A stretch of DNA of 30,389 bases. Source: an uncultured archaeon (lineage in GTDB: Archaea > Asgardarchaeota > Lokiarchaeia > Sigyniarchaeales > SOKP01). The stretch lies in assembly GCA_964388035.1 (NCBI GenBank), contig CAYLZE010000062.1, forward strand, positions 1-30,389, in the 5' to 3' direction. Position 1 is the first letter of the stretch; every line of letters starts with the position of its first letter. The notes under the pieces are model-generated. The model did no database searches and was not told where the DNA came from. It saw only the letters and a list, made by a program, of their open reading frames with translations. Made by a program: the position numbers and the translations under genes. Of this stretch, positions 9,055 through 18,014 are shown in pieces.

Positions 9055-9759
9055 TTGAAACTATTTAAATTGGATGATAAAGGAAAATTGATAAAAGTTG
9101 AGAAAATAGATTTTGATTCCAAAGAGATATATGTTGTAGACGAGCAAGACTTATTAAATGTCTGGATTGGTTGTGAAACCACTCTTATTAGAAGAAAAGC
9201 CATGGATAAGTTAAAAAACAACATTGAAAAAAAAAGAGGAAATGAAATAAAGATACTCCTCATGGAGGAAAATAAGGAGTATGGTAGTTTTCTGGCAATC
9301 ATGGATGATTTAAAGCAAGGAAATACAACACCACGGATTCTTGAGGAACGAACAGAATTAAAATTAGAAAAACCTAAGGAAGATAGATGGATGGAGCATA
9401 TTGAAAAGTATAGAGAATGTTCTCCCGATAAGCAAGAATTTATTCAAAAAAGAGCGGATGAACAATTTTCTAATTGCGGCACGATTAAGAAAAACATTTC
9501 TAAAGAATTAAAAGCTAAAGTTTCAATTATAGCTTATTATATTTCCCAAGAAAAATATGAGTATAGCGAATTGTGCTGGATGCTTGCGGAAAGACTAATG
9601 CGACAGCAACCAAGAGCAACTATAGAAGAGATCCGGTTGAAGTCGGAACAAATCTTTAAATCATCTATTACCTATGATGAAGTGTGTTGGTTAATTGCTC
9701 AGATGGACGTGTTAGGAAAAGAAAAATATATAAAAGATACAAAGATCTCATTTTTATAG
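9055..9759 (+). CDS. Single-domain gelsolin-like protein with C-terminal helical domain (1DGelX-like), paralog A; TTG start
   Basis: FDSKEIYVVDE...VWIG...long helix...IKILLMEENKEYGSFLAIM matches the gelsolin repeat consensus (FxxxDxFILD...xWxG...VxVxEEGxEPxxF). The C-terminus has a duplicated YxE[L/V]CWxxA[E/Q] motif. Confidence 0.85.
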   Translation: MKLFKLDDKGKLIKVEKIDFDSKEIYVVDEQDLLNVWIGCETTLIRRKAMDKLKNNIEKKRGNEIKILLMEENKEYGSFLAIMDDLKQGNTTPRILEERTELKLEKPKEDRWMEHIEKYRECSPDKQEFIQKRADEQFSNCGTIKKNISKELKAKVSIIAYYISQEKYEYSELCWMLAERLMRQQPRATIEEIRLKSEQIFKSSITYDEVCWLIAQMDVLGKEKYIKDTKISFL

Positions 9760-9924
9760 AGATATTCAATAGTTTTTAGTAATTCTTAAAAGATTTTTAT
9801 ATAGTATTATACAAATTATTAAAATAAAAGTACTTTAAGATATTCATGAACATTTTTTTTCAATTTTGTTTTAATAAAATTCAGAATTACCCGATAAGGA
9901 ATTAATTTAAAGGTTCATATAACC

Positions 9925-10629
9925 ATGAAATTATTTAAATTGGATGCCAATGGAAAATTAATAAAACTTTATAAATTGGCATTTTATTCAGAAGAAATTT
10001 ATGTAGTGGATGAGCAAGAAATTGTAACTATTTGGATTGGAAGTCAAACCGCCCCTGAAAAAAGGGAATCCGCAAATCTTCTCAAATTGAAGATTGAGAA
10101 AGAAAGAGGCAATGATACAAAAATACTTGTCATGGAAGAACAAAAAGAATACGGTACGTTTTTAGCTATCATGGAAAATTTAAGAACGGGAAATATTCCA
10201 AAAACATATCACGTGGACCGTACGGAATTGAGATTAGAAAAACCTGAAACGGAGAAATGGATGGAGCAGATCGAAAAGTATAGGGAATGGTCTCCTGACA
10301 AGCAAGAAATTATTCAGAAGAAAGCGGAAGAACAATTCTCACAATTTGGAAGTAAGGAAGGGGATTTAACGGAGGATTTAAAGACTAAGATTTCTATTGT
10401 AGCATATTATATTTCTCAAGAAAAATATGATTATAATGAATTATGTTGGATGCTAGCAGAAAGAATAATGCGACAACAACCGAGAGCTTCCATAGAAGAG
10501 ATTCGGCTGAAATCTGAACAAATTTTTCAATCCTCTTCGACGTATGATGAAATCTGTTGGTTAATTGCTGAAATGGATGTGTTGGGAAAGGAAAAGTACC
10601 TAAAAGATACTAAGATATCGTTTCTTTAA
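9925..10629 (+). CDS. Single-domain gelsolin-like protein with C-terminal helical domain (1DGelX-like), paralog B
   Basis: Same length (234 aa), colinear with 9055..9759, and carrying the same gelsolin and YxELCWxxAE motifs. Confidence 0.87.
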   Translation: MKLFKLDANGKLIKLYKLAFYSEEIYVVDEQEIVTIWIGSQTAPEKRESANLLKLKIEKERGNDTKILVMEEQKEYGTFLAIMENLRTGNIPKTYHVDRTELRLEKPETEKWMEQIEKYREWSPDKQEIIQKKAEEQFSQFGSKEGDLTEDLKTKISIVAYYISQEKYDYNELCWMLAERIMRQQPRASIEEIRLKSEQIFQSSSTYDEICWLIAEMDVLGKEKYLKDTKISFL

Positions 10630-10752
10630 GTTATCTAAAAATCCATTTAGAAAATTCAATTATGATTTTAATATGAAAAATGAATTTCATTTCTAAGGGT
10701 TCTTTATGCAAATTGACATGTTTTAATTCAATGATACTTTTTTTCCAATTAA

Positions 10753-11688
10753 ATGGAAGCATTAGTCGGATATTTATTCACAATTAATACAATTTTAACT
10801 TGGGCTTTCGCATCGTTAATTTACAAATTTGGGTTAAAAAAAACTCAAGCAAAAGGTAACGTGTTTTTTCGGTTGTGCTGCGTCTCAATAGGAACATTCC
10901 TCTTTGCAATAATCTTTAGTAATTTTGCAATAATCATTAATTTAAATGATACACAGAAATTTGATCTTTTTATTGCTTGTCTCATTTCTGGTGTAAGTGT
11001 TAGCATTGGTGATCTTGGTTATTTCATTGCATTACAAAAAATTGATGCGTCAAGGGCTTATCCCTTAACACAACTATCATTAGTATTTGTTTATCCTTTG
11101 GCTTTTATTTTTTTTGGAGAAGAAATTGAATTATCCTTGCTAATCGGGGGGACTTTAATACTTTCGAGTGTTTTTTTATTAAGTAAAAAAGATAAACCTA
11201 TTGAGGAGAACAAAGAAAATGAAGATCAAGCTAAAATTTCAAAAGATTTAATTACAGGAGTGGTATTATCGCTTGTAGCGGCTTTGCTATGGGCATTAGC
11301 TTATGTGTCATTCAATCAAGCAAGGATCATTACGGGGGATGTGTTTGTTCCTAACTTTTTGCGGGTGGCATTAGCAACTATTTTTATAGGCATTCTTAGC
11401 ATATTTCAGCGTGATTATTTAGCCAGTTTTCGCAAAGAAAATAGAAAATTTATTAAATATTCTTTTTATATTGGAATAGCAGGAGCTTTATCTTTGGGAT
11501 TGGCAGATTCTTTATTTATTAAAGCTGCAGAAATCAACGGGTTAATTGTTACTTCCACACTGACTGCAAGCACTCCCTTGGTGCAACAAATCTTTTCAGT
11601 AATTATATTAAAAGAGAAATTTCGGAAAAGATTTTTATTTGCGATTATTCTTATACTCCTTGGGAATTATATCATTCTTTTTTTATAA
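10753..11688 (+). CDS. EamA/DMT-family transporter
   Basis: About 10 TM helices in two repeats: WAFASLIYK / WALAYVSFN, ALQKIDASRAYPL, FFGE / ILKE. Confidence 0.92.
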   Translation: MEALVGYLFTINTILTWAFASLIYKFGLKKTQAKGNVFFRLCCVSIGTFLFAIIFSNFAIIINLNDTQKFDLFIACLISGVSVSIGDLGYFIALQKIDASRAYPLTQLSLVFVYPLAFIFFGEEIELSLLIGGTLILSSVFLLSKKDKPIEENKENEDQAKISKDLITGVVLSLVAALLWALAYVSFNQARIITGDVFVPNFLRVALATIFIGILSIFQRDYLASFRKENRKFIKYSFYIGIAGALSLGLADSLFIKAAEINGLIVTSTLTASTPLVQQIFSVIILKEKFRKRFLFAIILILLGNYIILFL

Positions 11689-11717
11689 ATCAAATAGAAA
11701 TATAAAAGGTAAAAAAA

Positions 11718-12749
11718 ATGTTAGAAATAGAAATTAATCTCTTAACAAATAATAGTGTGATACCCTTTCAAGGAACTTATGGATTACCATTTATTGAGTT
11801 TAATAAGCTTTTTGCTACCAAATCTTTAGCTGAGCACGGCTTGGGTTTTTTAATCAACATTCATGAGAAAGAGCATCCCCAGGAGGAGTACAAAAGAACA
11901 TTAATTAAGAAAATTATATTTGATGCGGGAGGGTCTAATTTAACCTTTTTACATAATATTAATGTAAGAGGATATCCACTTTATGATGTTGATGCCATTG
12001 CTTTATCCCATTGGCATTATGATCATACTGGGGCGTTTTATGACATTTTATGCGAAGTTGAAAGAGAAATCCCGGTATATTGTCATGATCACGCATTATT
12101 TGAACGGTTTTTTAGAAGGTCTGAGGACTTAACTAAAAGCGATTTAGAAGGAAAAACTCGTCAAGAAATTTTACCTTATTTATTAAATTCTAAATTAGTA
12201 AATCAAGAACCTATTGATCCTAAAAAAGTAGAACGATTAAAAGGGAAACTTATTTTTACACGGGAACCCCAAGTTATCCATGAAACATCAGGATTTAAAA
12301 TGATTGTACTTGGAGAAATAGAGAGAACATTTAAAATTGAAGATTTCCACGGATTTTATTTCTTACAAGAGGGAATAATAAAGGAGGATAAAATCTTGGA
12401 TGATCGGTGTTTAATCTTAGAGTTAGAAGATCAATGTATTTTATTAATTGGATGCTGTCATTCAGGAATAATGAATACAATAAACCAGGTGAGAAAAATT
12501 ACCAATAAACCTATTACTCACGTAATAGGGGGATTTCACATGGCATCAGCATCTCATGAAAGAATGGAAAGCACGATTCAATATCTTCAATCCATTTGTA
12601 ATGATTGTAATGATGATAATCCGCTTTATTTGTTTCCTATTCATTGCAGCGGTTCAAATTTTCTCAACATGATTAATTCGAGGGGATTTCTAAACCTTAA
12701 AGCATTTGACTTGAGCGTGGGAACTAAGTTCCTCTTTTCAACATCATGA
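11718..12749 (+). CDS. MBL-fold metallo-hydrolase (COG1237 type)
   Basis: AEHGLGF, FDAG, LSHWHYDHTG (HxHxDH), DD, GCCHSG, GGFH and PIHCSG motifs. Confidence 0.92.
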   Translation: MLEIEINLLTNNSVIPFQGTYGLPFIEFNKLFATKSLAEHGLGFLINIHEKEHPQEEYKRTLIKKIIFDAGGSNLTFLHNINVRGYPLYDVDAIALSHWHYDHTGAFYDILCEVEREIPVYCHDHALFERFFRRSEDLTKSDLEGKTRQEILPYLLNSKLVNQEPIDPKKVERLKGKLIFTREPQVIHETSGFKMIVLGEIERTFKIEDFHGFYFLQEGIIKEDKILDDRCLILELEDQCILLIGCCHSGIMNTINQVRKITNKPITHVIGGFHMASASHERMESTIQYLQSICNDCNDDNPLYLFPIHCSGSNFLNMINSRGFLNLKAFDLSVGTKFLFSTS

Positions 12750-13008
12750 TGGTTTTACTTATAACAAATATTCTAACGATCAGAGAATTCCTTGCCCTTT
12801 CCATGTTAAAAATAGAAATAACAAATTTATAATGATTCCTTTCCTCATATAATTTAAATACTTAAGAATCATTTTAATTGAGATATGGAAAATTATTTAT
12901 TAGTAAAATTTTAATATGAATTAAAGGGAACAACACTTTTTATTATAAAATAATATACTTCTATTATAAATTTGAACAAATAAATTAATTACATTAGTGA
13001 AAAGTAGT

Positions 13009-14055
13009 ATGGGAAAAGATATTAAAGATGTTCTTGAAAAAATCGAAGAAAGAGAGGGGGAGGTCTCTACTCTTGAAGCTAAAATTGAACGATTAACTGA
13101 ATTAGTGGAACGACAGAAGAAAGTTATTACTGAACAAGAACATATTATCGAAGAGCAAAAAAAAACTCAAACAGAAGCTTTGGAAGTACCTGAAGATATC
13201 CGCGATTTAAAAGAGATCATTGGCATGCAAAGAGCGTTATTAAATGAAAAAGATATGGAATTAGAACATGCAAAAGGGGCAGCTTCTCAAGCCCAAAAAG
13301 AAGCAGAACTTTATAAGGGACAAACTAACTCATTCGACCAAAAATACACGGATGCGCTAGAACAAGTAGGAGAATTAAAAGCAAAACTCGCTGAAAAAGA
13401 AGGACAGCTCAAGGCAAAGCTTGCAGAAAAGGAATCTGAATTACTCGTGAAGGAAGAGCGTGTCCAATTATTGGAAAATAGAGTAAAGGAATCCAGAGCC
13501 TTTGATGATAAGTATAAAGAAGAATATACTAAAGAAATTGATACAATCAGGACTGAATATAGAAATGAGCTTGAAAATTTAACCAAAAAGCATGCAGAAG
13601 AAAAGCAAGAACTACAAACCAAACTTACAAAGTTAGAAACGCTTCTTTTGGAAAGCGAGTTCATGTCGGGAGAAAAAGGAATAGAGGAGGTCAATTTTGA
13701 AGATAAATTTAACGAAATTTATACAAAACAAAAAGATCTGATTTCAAAAATAGAACAGGTCCAAAAAGAAAAGAGCGAAGCCCTAAACCAAGTCAAATCC
13801 CTGGAAGAGAAACTGAAAGAGTATCAAGAGCATATATCCTCCATTCAAGAATACGAAAAATTAAAACCCTTAATGGAGCAAGAAGGGATTTTTAAAGCTT
13901 ATTTCATAATTAAAGATGTGGGACACATTTCTCTTGATGACTTGAGGAATGCAGTGGGTTCGCCTATTGTTTTGGTAAGGAAAATGGTTGACCAGTTAAC
14001 AAAATTGGGGCTGATTGAGGAAGAAGAAGGTAAAATCTCACCTCTCTTGTTGTAA
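13009..14055 (+). CDS. Long coiled-coil protein with C-terminal winged-helix domain
   Basis: About 290 aa of E/K/L-rich heptads, then IFKAYFIIKDVGHISLDDLRNAVGSPIVLVRKMVDQLTKLGLIEEEEGKI (wHTH pattern). ATG at 13009 preferred over GTG at 12997. No Walker motifs, so not an SMC. Confidence 0.8.
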   Translation: MGKDIKDVLEKIEEREGEVSTLEAKIERLTELVERQKKVITEQEHIIEEQKKTQTEALEVPEDIRDLKEIIGMQRALLNEKDMELEHAKGAASQAQKEAELYKGQTNSFDQKYTDALEQVGELKAKLAEKEGQLKAKLAEKESELLVKEERVQLLENRVKESRAFDDKYKEEYTKEIDTIRTEYRNELENLTKKHAEEKQELQTKLTKLETLLLESEFMSGEKGIEEVNFEDKFNEIYTKQKDLISKIEQVQKEKSEALNQVKSLEEKLKEYQEHISSIQEYEKLKPLMEQEGIFKAYFIIKDVGHISLDDLRNAVGSPIVLVRKMVDQLTKLGLIEEEEGKISPLLL

Positions 14056-14234
14056 TAAAAAAATCATTTTATACTCTATTTTTAAGGGGGGTTTTTAACG
14101 AGTTATTTTTTAGAAATTTTTTAATATCAAGTTCAACCCCGTAAATACTTTTAATAAATAATTTGAAGGTTATTAAGATATTATGATAAAATTTAACTTC
14201 AATATTTAGAATTTTAATTTAAACATTATAAAAT

Positions 14235-14861
14235 ATGGTGTATAAAATGGAAAAATCTATAAAAGGAATTCCGCTTTATCTCATCTCTGCAATATTAGGA
14301 AATGCTTTATATTATACTTTTTTAATTCCTGCAGCTTTTCTCTATCCCGGATACTCACCCTTTCTTTACACGGTTTCTGCCTTAGGAAATACCGAGAAAA
14401 ATCCCCATGGTTGGATCCTGTTCTCCATATGTCTCATTTTGATTGGAATTGCATTAATTCCCTTCTTTATAGACGTTAGAAAATGGTATAAAACTCAACC
14501 AAGCTTAAAAAAGTATATAATCATCATTCAAATCATTGGATTTTTCAACAGTTTCTCGTTAGTGATGATAGCAATTAATCCGACAAATATAAGGTCGCCA
14601 GAACATAACTTCTGGAGCTTAATGGATTTTCTGTGCATTGAATTGATAATCCTTATCGTTATAGTTTGGTTAAGAAAGCATCCTGCCTATTGGAAGCGTC
14701 TATCAATAGTAGGAATCGTGGATTTTATATTATGTGCCACTTATTTACTCTTACTCACTTTTTACAGGCCGATTGCGACGATCTTTGAGTGGTTAACGTT
14801 TATTTTTGCATTGGGATTTGTTTTGCTGATTGCGATAAACATGTATAAAAAAGCATTATGA
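14235..14861 (+). CDS. DUF998-like integral membrane protein
   Basis: YPGYSPFLYTVSALG motif, conserved His (PEHNF) and FEW near the C-terminus; about 6 TM helices. Confidence 0.75.
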   Translation: MVYKMEKSIKGIPLYLISAILGNALYYTFLIPAAFLYPGYSPFLYTVSALGNTEKNPHGWILFSICLILIGIALIPFFIDVRKWYKTQPSLKKYIIIIQIIGFFNSFSLVMIAINPTNIRSPEHNFWSLMDFLCIELIILIVIVWLRKHPAYWKRLSIVGIVDFILCATYLLLLTFYRPIATIFEWLTFIFALGFVLLIAINMYKKAL

Positions 14862-15214
14862 AAATAAAGTAGCCCGTAATAAATAATGACGATGAGTTCA
14901 TAAATAATAAATTTTTTTCTCACTATTTTCTGCAAATTTCTCTAGATTAAAGAGAACTTCCAATAAATATAATAAAAAGTGAGGTTTGAAGAGAAAAAAA
15001 AATACTATAGTAACTTTAGTCATTATAGTTTTTAGAGAAAATTAAGCGAGTCAGTGATAAAAATTGCCATATTTTCTATTTATCGAATAATAACTATAAC
15101 AGATTGGAACTCCCACGTGATAGTTATATAATATTGCGGGAAAAGTGTGGAAGTTGTCATGAATCTCGTACAGATTTATTATGAGTAAATTCAAAAGGCA
15201 AATATTTATTTAAA

Positions 15215-15748
15215 CTAAGATTGATAAAATTGAATTATATCATACTCTTCTTTTGTAGGCAGCTCGAATACCCGAAAGAACATTTCTATGATATTTAATG
15301 GTACGTTATCCTTCCGCTTTTCATTTCTCTCAATGACGATTTCTCGGGAGACCAGCAACACTATCATGCGAATTTGCCGATTTTCGCATCTGGCCATTTG
15401 AACAAACGGATACCGTAGGCCGTGGTGAATGTTGGTGGCGTCAAGGATGCACTCCCATGTGGAAGAAGTAATGCATTCGTAAGCTCGCACCTCAATTTCA
15501 TGCCAGATTTCCGCTTCTTTTTCTTCATCGAATTGCATTCCTGTCTCTTCATAATTTAAGATCTTTCTTCTGATCGCATCCGAGCTAATTACCTTGCGCA
15601 TCTCCGGAACTGTTTCTACCAGTATTTTTGCGAGAGTAGATTTTCCCGAGCAAGGAACCCCCACTAGCATCGTGAGTGATTTTTTGGAAGGAAGCTCAAC
15701 AATATTATCTATTGATGTGAGGTTGAATTTCTCGCTATTTTTGCTCAT
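15215..15748 (-). CDS. AAA_33 / polynucleotide-kinase-like P-loop kinase
   Basis: Walker A GVPCSGKST, ISSDAIR, ILDATN, and lid motif RNEKR..VP. Confidence 0.88.
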   Translation of the reverse strand: MSKNSEKFNLTSIDNIVELPSKKSLTMLVGVPCSGKSTLAKILVETVPEMRKVISSDAIRRKILNYEETGMQFDEEKEAEIWHEIEVRAYECITSSTWECILDATNIHHGLRYPFVQMARCENRQIRMIVLLVSREIVIERNEKRKDNVPLNIIEMFFRVFELPTKEEYDIIQFYQS

Positions 15749-16250
15749 TATATATTTGGAATTAAACTCTATTCAATTTTTATAAATTAATTACTTCTTT
15801 ATTTATATAAATTAATTATTCTTCTTAATATGCACCTGATGTAGATAATCCTTTGGTTCAAGCTTGATAGACCCCATTCAGCCTCATCTTCTCCATCATA
15901 ATAAATATTTAAAAATGGTAAAATAAAGTGAAATTCAAGGATATCTCATGATGGTTGCTCAAAAGTCGTGAGATTTCCTTTATTCCTCGTAAATATACAG
16001 TTCATTATTCCTTTTCAAGCTATTTCATCTTCAGGTTATTAACCTAAAGATAATATTTAGTATAAATACATGTCTTTTAAGCTGTGTCCATCCCATCTTC
16101 AATTCTCTTTCATAATCCTTTTATACCTTTCCCTCATCTATTAATAAGTAGGTAATTAAATAAAACTAAAATTTAATATTATCTGCTATTATTATATATA
16201 TAATTTATAATTATCATCAAGTAATTATATGAATCAAAAGGATTAAAAAA

Positions 16251-16631
16251 ATGCCCGTAGGTATCTTAGTGATTAAGTGGGATAACGAAATAGGTCCAAT
16301 CAACGAAGGATTTTATCCAGATAATCTACGCATCACTAATAATCTTCTAACTCAAATTTATAGTTCCCACCGTTATCAATCATTAAAACCAGGATTTGCG
16401 TCAATTTCATTAAAGAATTACAAGGTGGTATCCTTCTTTAGCGGAGTGGGAGAAATGACAGTTTCCGTGGAAAATTACGTAGTAGCATTATTACTGAGAC
16501 GAGATGAAAAACCTTTCCTCTATAGAGAAGTGTTAAAAACAATTGCGGCGGAAATCTTAGATAAAATTCCCGATGGAAAGTTTAAATTAATTTTACCGGA
16601 TCTTTATAAACAATTGACCAAGGTTGGCTAA
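16251..16631 (+). CDS. Stand-alone longin/uDENN-like domain protein
   Basis: GILVIKWDNEIGPINEGFYP resembles the uDENN/longin N-terminal xFDxxxGPxxxxxYP motif. The predicted beta2-alpha-beta3-alpha2 order and 126-aa size fit. Confidence 0.7.
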   Translation: MPVGILVIKWDNEIGPINEGFYPDNLRITNNLLTQIYSSHRYQSLKPGFASISLKNYKVVSFFSGVGEMTVSVENYVVALLLRRDEKPFLYREVLKTIAAEILDKIPDGKFKLILPDLYKQLTKVG

Positions 16632-17015
16632 CTTTTTCTTTTAATTGAAAGGAATTTATAGTAAGATTAAGCTTTTAATTTCTCATTTTATGCGTCATGT
16701 TTCTTTAAATTTAAAATATTAAAGTTCATTCTTTTTTTGCTCTATTTTATAATGAACTTGAAACACGTAAATAACCTCGACTTATTATGAGTATACTTCT
16801 TCAAATAATAAGATTCGTTTTAAAAAATTAGGTAATCCTAAATCTTTAAATTTCAAATTAAATTTCTTTTAATTAGAGATTAATGTTATCTTAAAGTTCC
16901 ACCTTTTTAAAAAATAATATAATTTAAATTCCGTGATTGTTAAATATTGAACTGCTATTTAATATAAAAAAAAAATAATTAACATTTATTCTTTATTGTA
17001 AAAGATTAAAATATC

Positions 17016-17648
17016 ATGAATACAATCGTTATAATTAAAATTTCTCTTATTTTTACCTTAATTTTATTTATTTTAGGTTTCCTCCTTCCTTTAATCCTTA
17101 TAAAAAGAGCAGGGAAAGATCCCCACGGAACTCACCATGGTAGTAAAATCTTAACCCGATTGAGTTCTATAAGTATTTTTGCTTGGCTCCTCTACTTGCT
17201 TCTCTTTATTTTTTTACCTCTTAATATAGTCTTGTTTGATTTATTAGAAATAATGAATATCTCTTTTTTCTTAATAATTATAGGAATTACTCTGACTTTA
17301 GTGGGATTCTTGTTTGAATTATTGGGAATCCTCACATTAGGCTTGAATTTCAGGATTGAATTACCAAAAGAAGAGACAGAGTTAATTACTTCTGGTATAT
17401 ATTCCATCATGAGAAATCCTATACTTTTCGGAATGTTTTTATTATTCATTGGGTCCTTTTTGATGATCCCCGATATTTTCCTGTTAATAATAACTATTTG
17501 CAATTTCATTACATTTAACTCTAAAGCTCTCGATGAGGAAAAATTTCTATTAACCCGATTTGGAGAGCAATATCAGGTATATAAAAATAGAGTGGGAATG
17601 TATTTTCCGATTCCTCTAAGAAGGATCTTCAAATTCAAAAAATCTTAA
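17016..17648 (+). CDS. ICMT/PEMT-family integral membrane methyltransferase
   Basis: LGLNFR, LITSGIYSIMRNPILFG and EEKFLLTRFGEQYQVY motifs, with TM helices. Confidence 0.9.
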   Translation: MNTIVIIKISLIFTLILFILGFLLPLILIKRAGKDPHGTHHGSKILTRLSSISIFAWLLYLLLFIFLPLNIVLFDLLEIMNISFFLIIIGITLTLVGFLFELLGILTLGLNFRIELPKEETELITSGIYSIMRNPILFGMFLLFIGSFLMIPDIFLLIITICNFITFNSKALDEEKFLLTRFGEQYQVYKNRVGMYFPIPLRRIFKFKKS

Positions 17649-17957
17649 AAACTACTAACTTGATTTAATAGAAATCAATATTTCAAAGCGATTATGGGAC
17701 AAGAGAATAGAAGGTGTCTCCATTAAATTAAACTTTAATTTTTGTATAAAGATAATCTTTAAATTCTAAAATTCTTGAAATTTTATCTCAAGTATTTTAT
17801 TTATTGGTCAAGTTACCGATCAATTTTTACTTGTTAGATTGTTATTGATGAAAATTAAATTTTTAAATGTAATACTAAGGAAGTATTAAAAAATAATGGT
17901 AGGAAGGGGATTTGAACCCCCGAAGGCCTTTGCCACTGGATCTTAAGTCCAGCACCT

Positions 17958-17973
17958 TTGGTCTTGACCCAAT
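17958..17973 (-). other. tRNA intron 2 (16 nt, near position 21/22), canonical BHB
   Basis: Central helix GGTC/GACC with AAA bulges on both strands, flanked by TTG/CAA and CT/GG pairs. Cutting after the second bulge nucleotide removes ATTGGGTCAAGACCAA. Confidence 0.85.
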
Positions 17974-17982
17974 TTGACCAGG

Positions 17983-18014
17983 TTCCCGAAAGGCATGTCA
18001 AATGTGCGAATTTT
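17983..18014 (-). other. tRNA intron 1 (32 nt, near position 15/16), relaxed BHB/BHL
   Basis: ACCG/CGGG central helix (one mismatch), bulges AGA and AAC, and inner helix AAA/TTT. Removal restores GAG|CCTGG. The exact boundaries could shift by 1-2 nt. Confidence 0.7.

Noticed and set aside
5944-9302. ORFs 5944..6144, 6765..6956, 7818..8315 and 9045..9302
   Set aside because: Antisense shadows of real genes.
12997-14055. SMC/Rad50 annotation, and antisense ORF 13311..13694
   Set aside because: No Walker A/B or hinge motif; the antisense ORF is a Ser/Phe-rich shadow.
15040-15185. Short plus-strand frame containing CGSCH (heme-binding-like CxxCH)
   Set aside because: No convincing start for the full frame and no signal peptide; likely chance.
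15800-16140. Broken minus-strand frames (e.g. ...YYDGEDEAEWGLSS...), including one TGA considered as possible selenocysteine
   Set aside because: No recognisable family, no clear start and no SECIS-like element identified.
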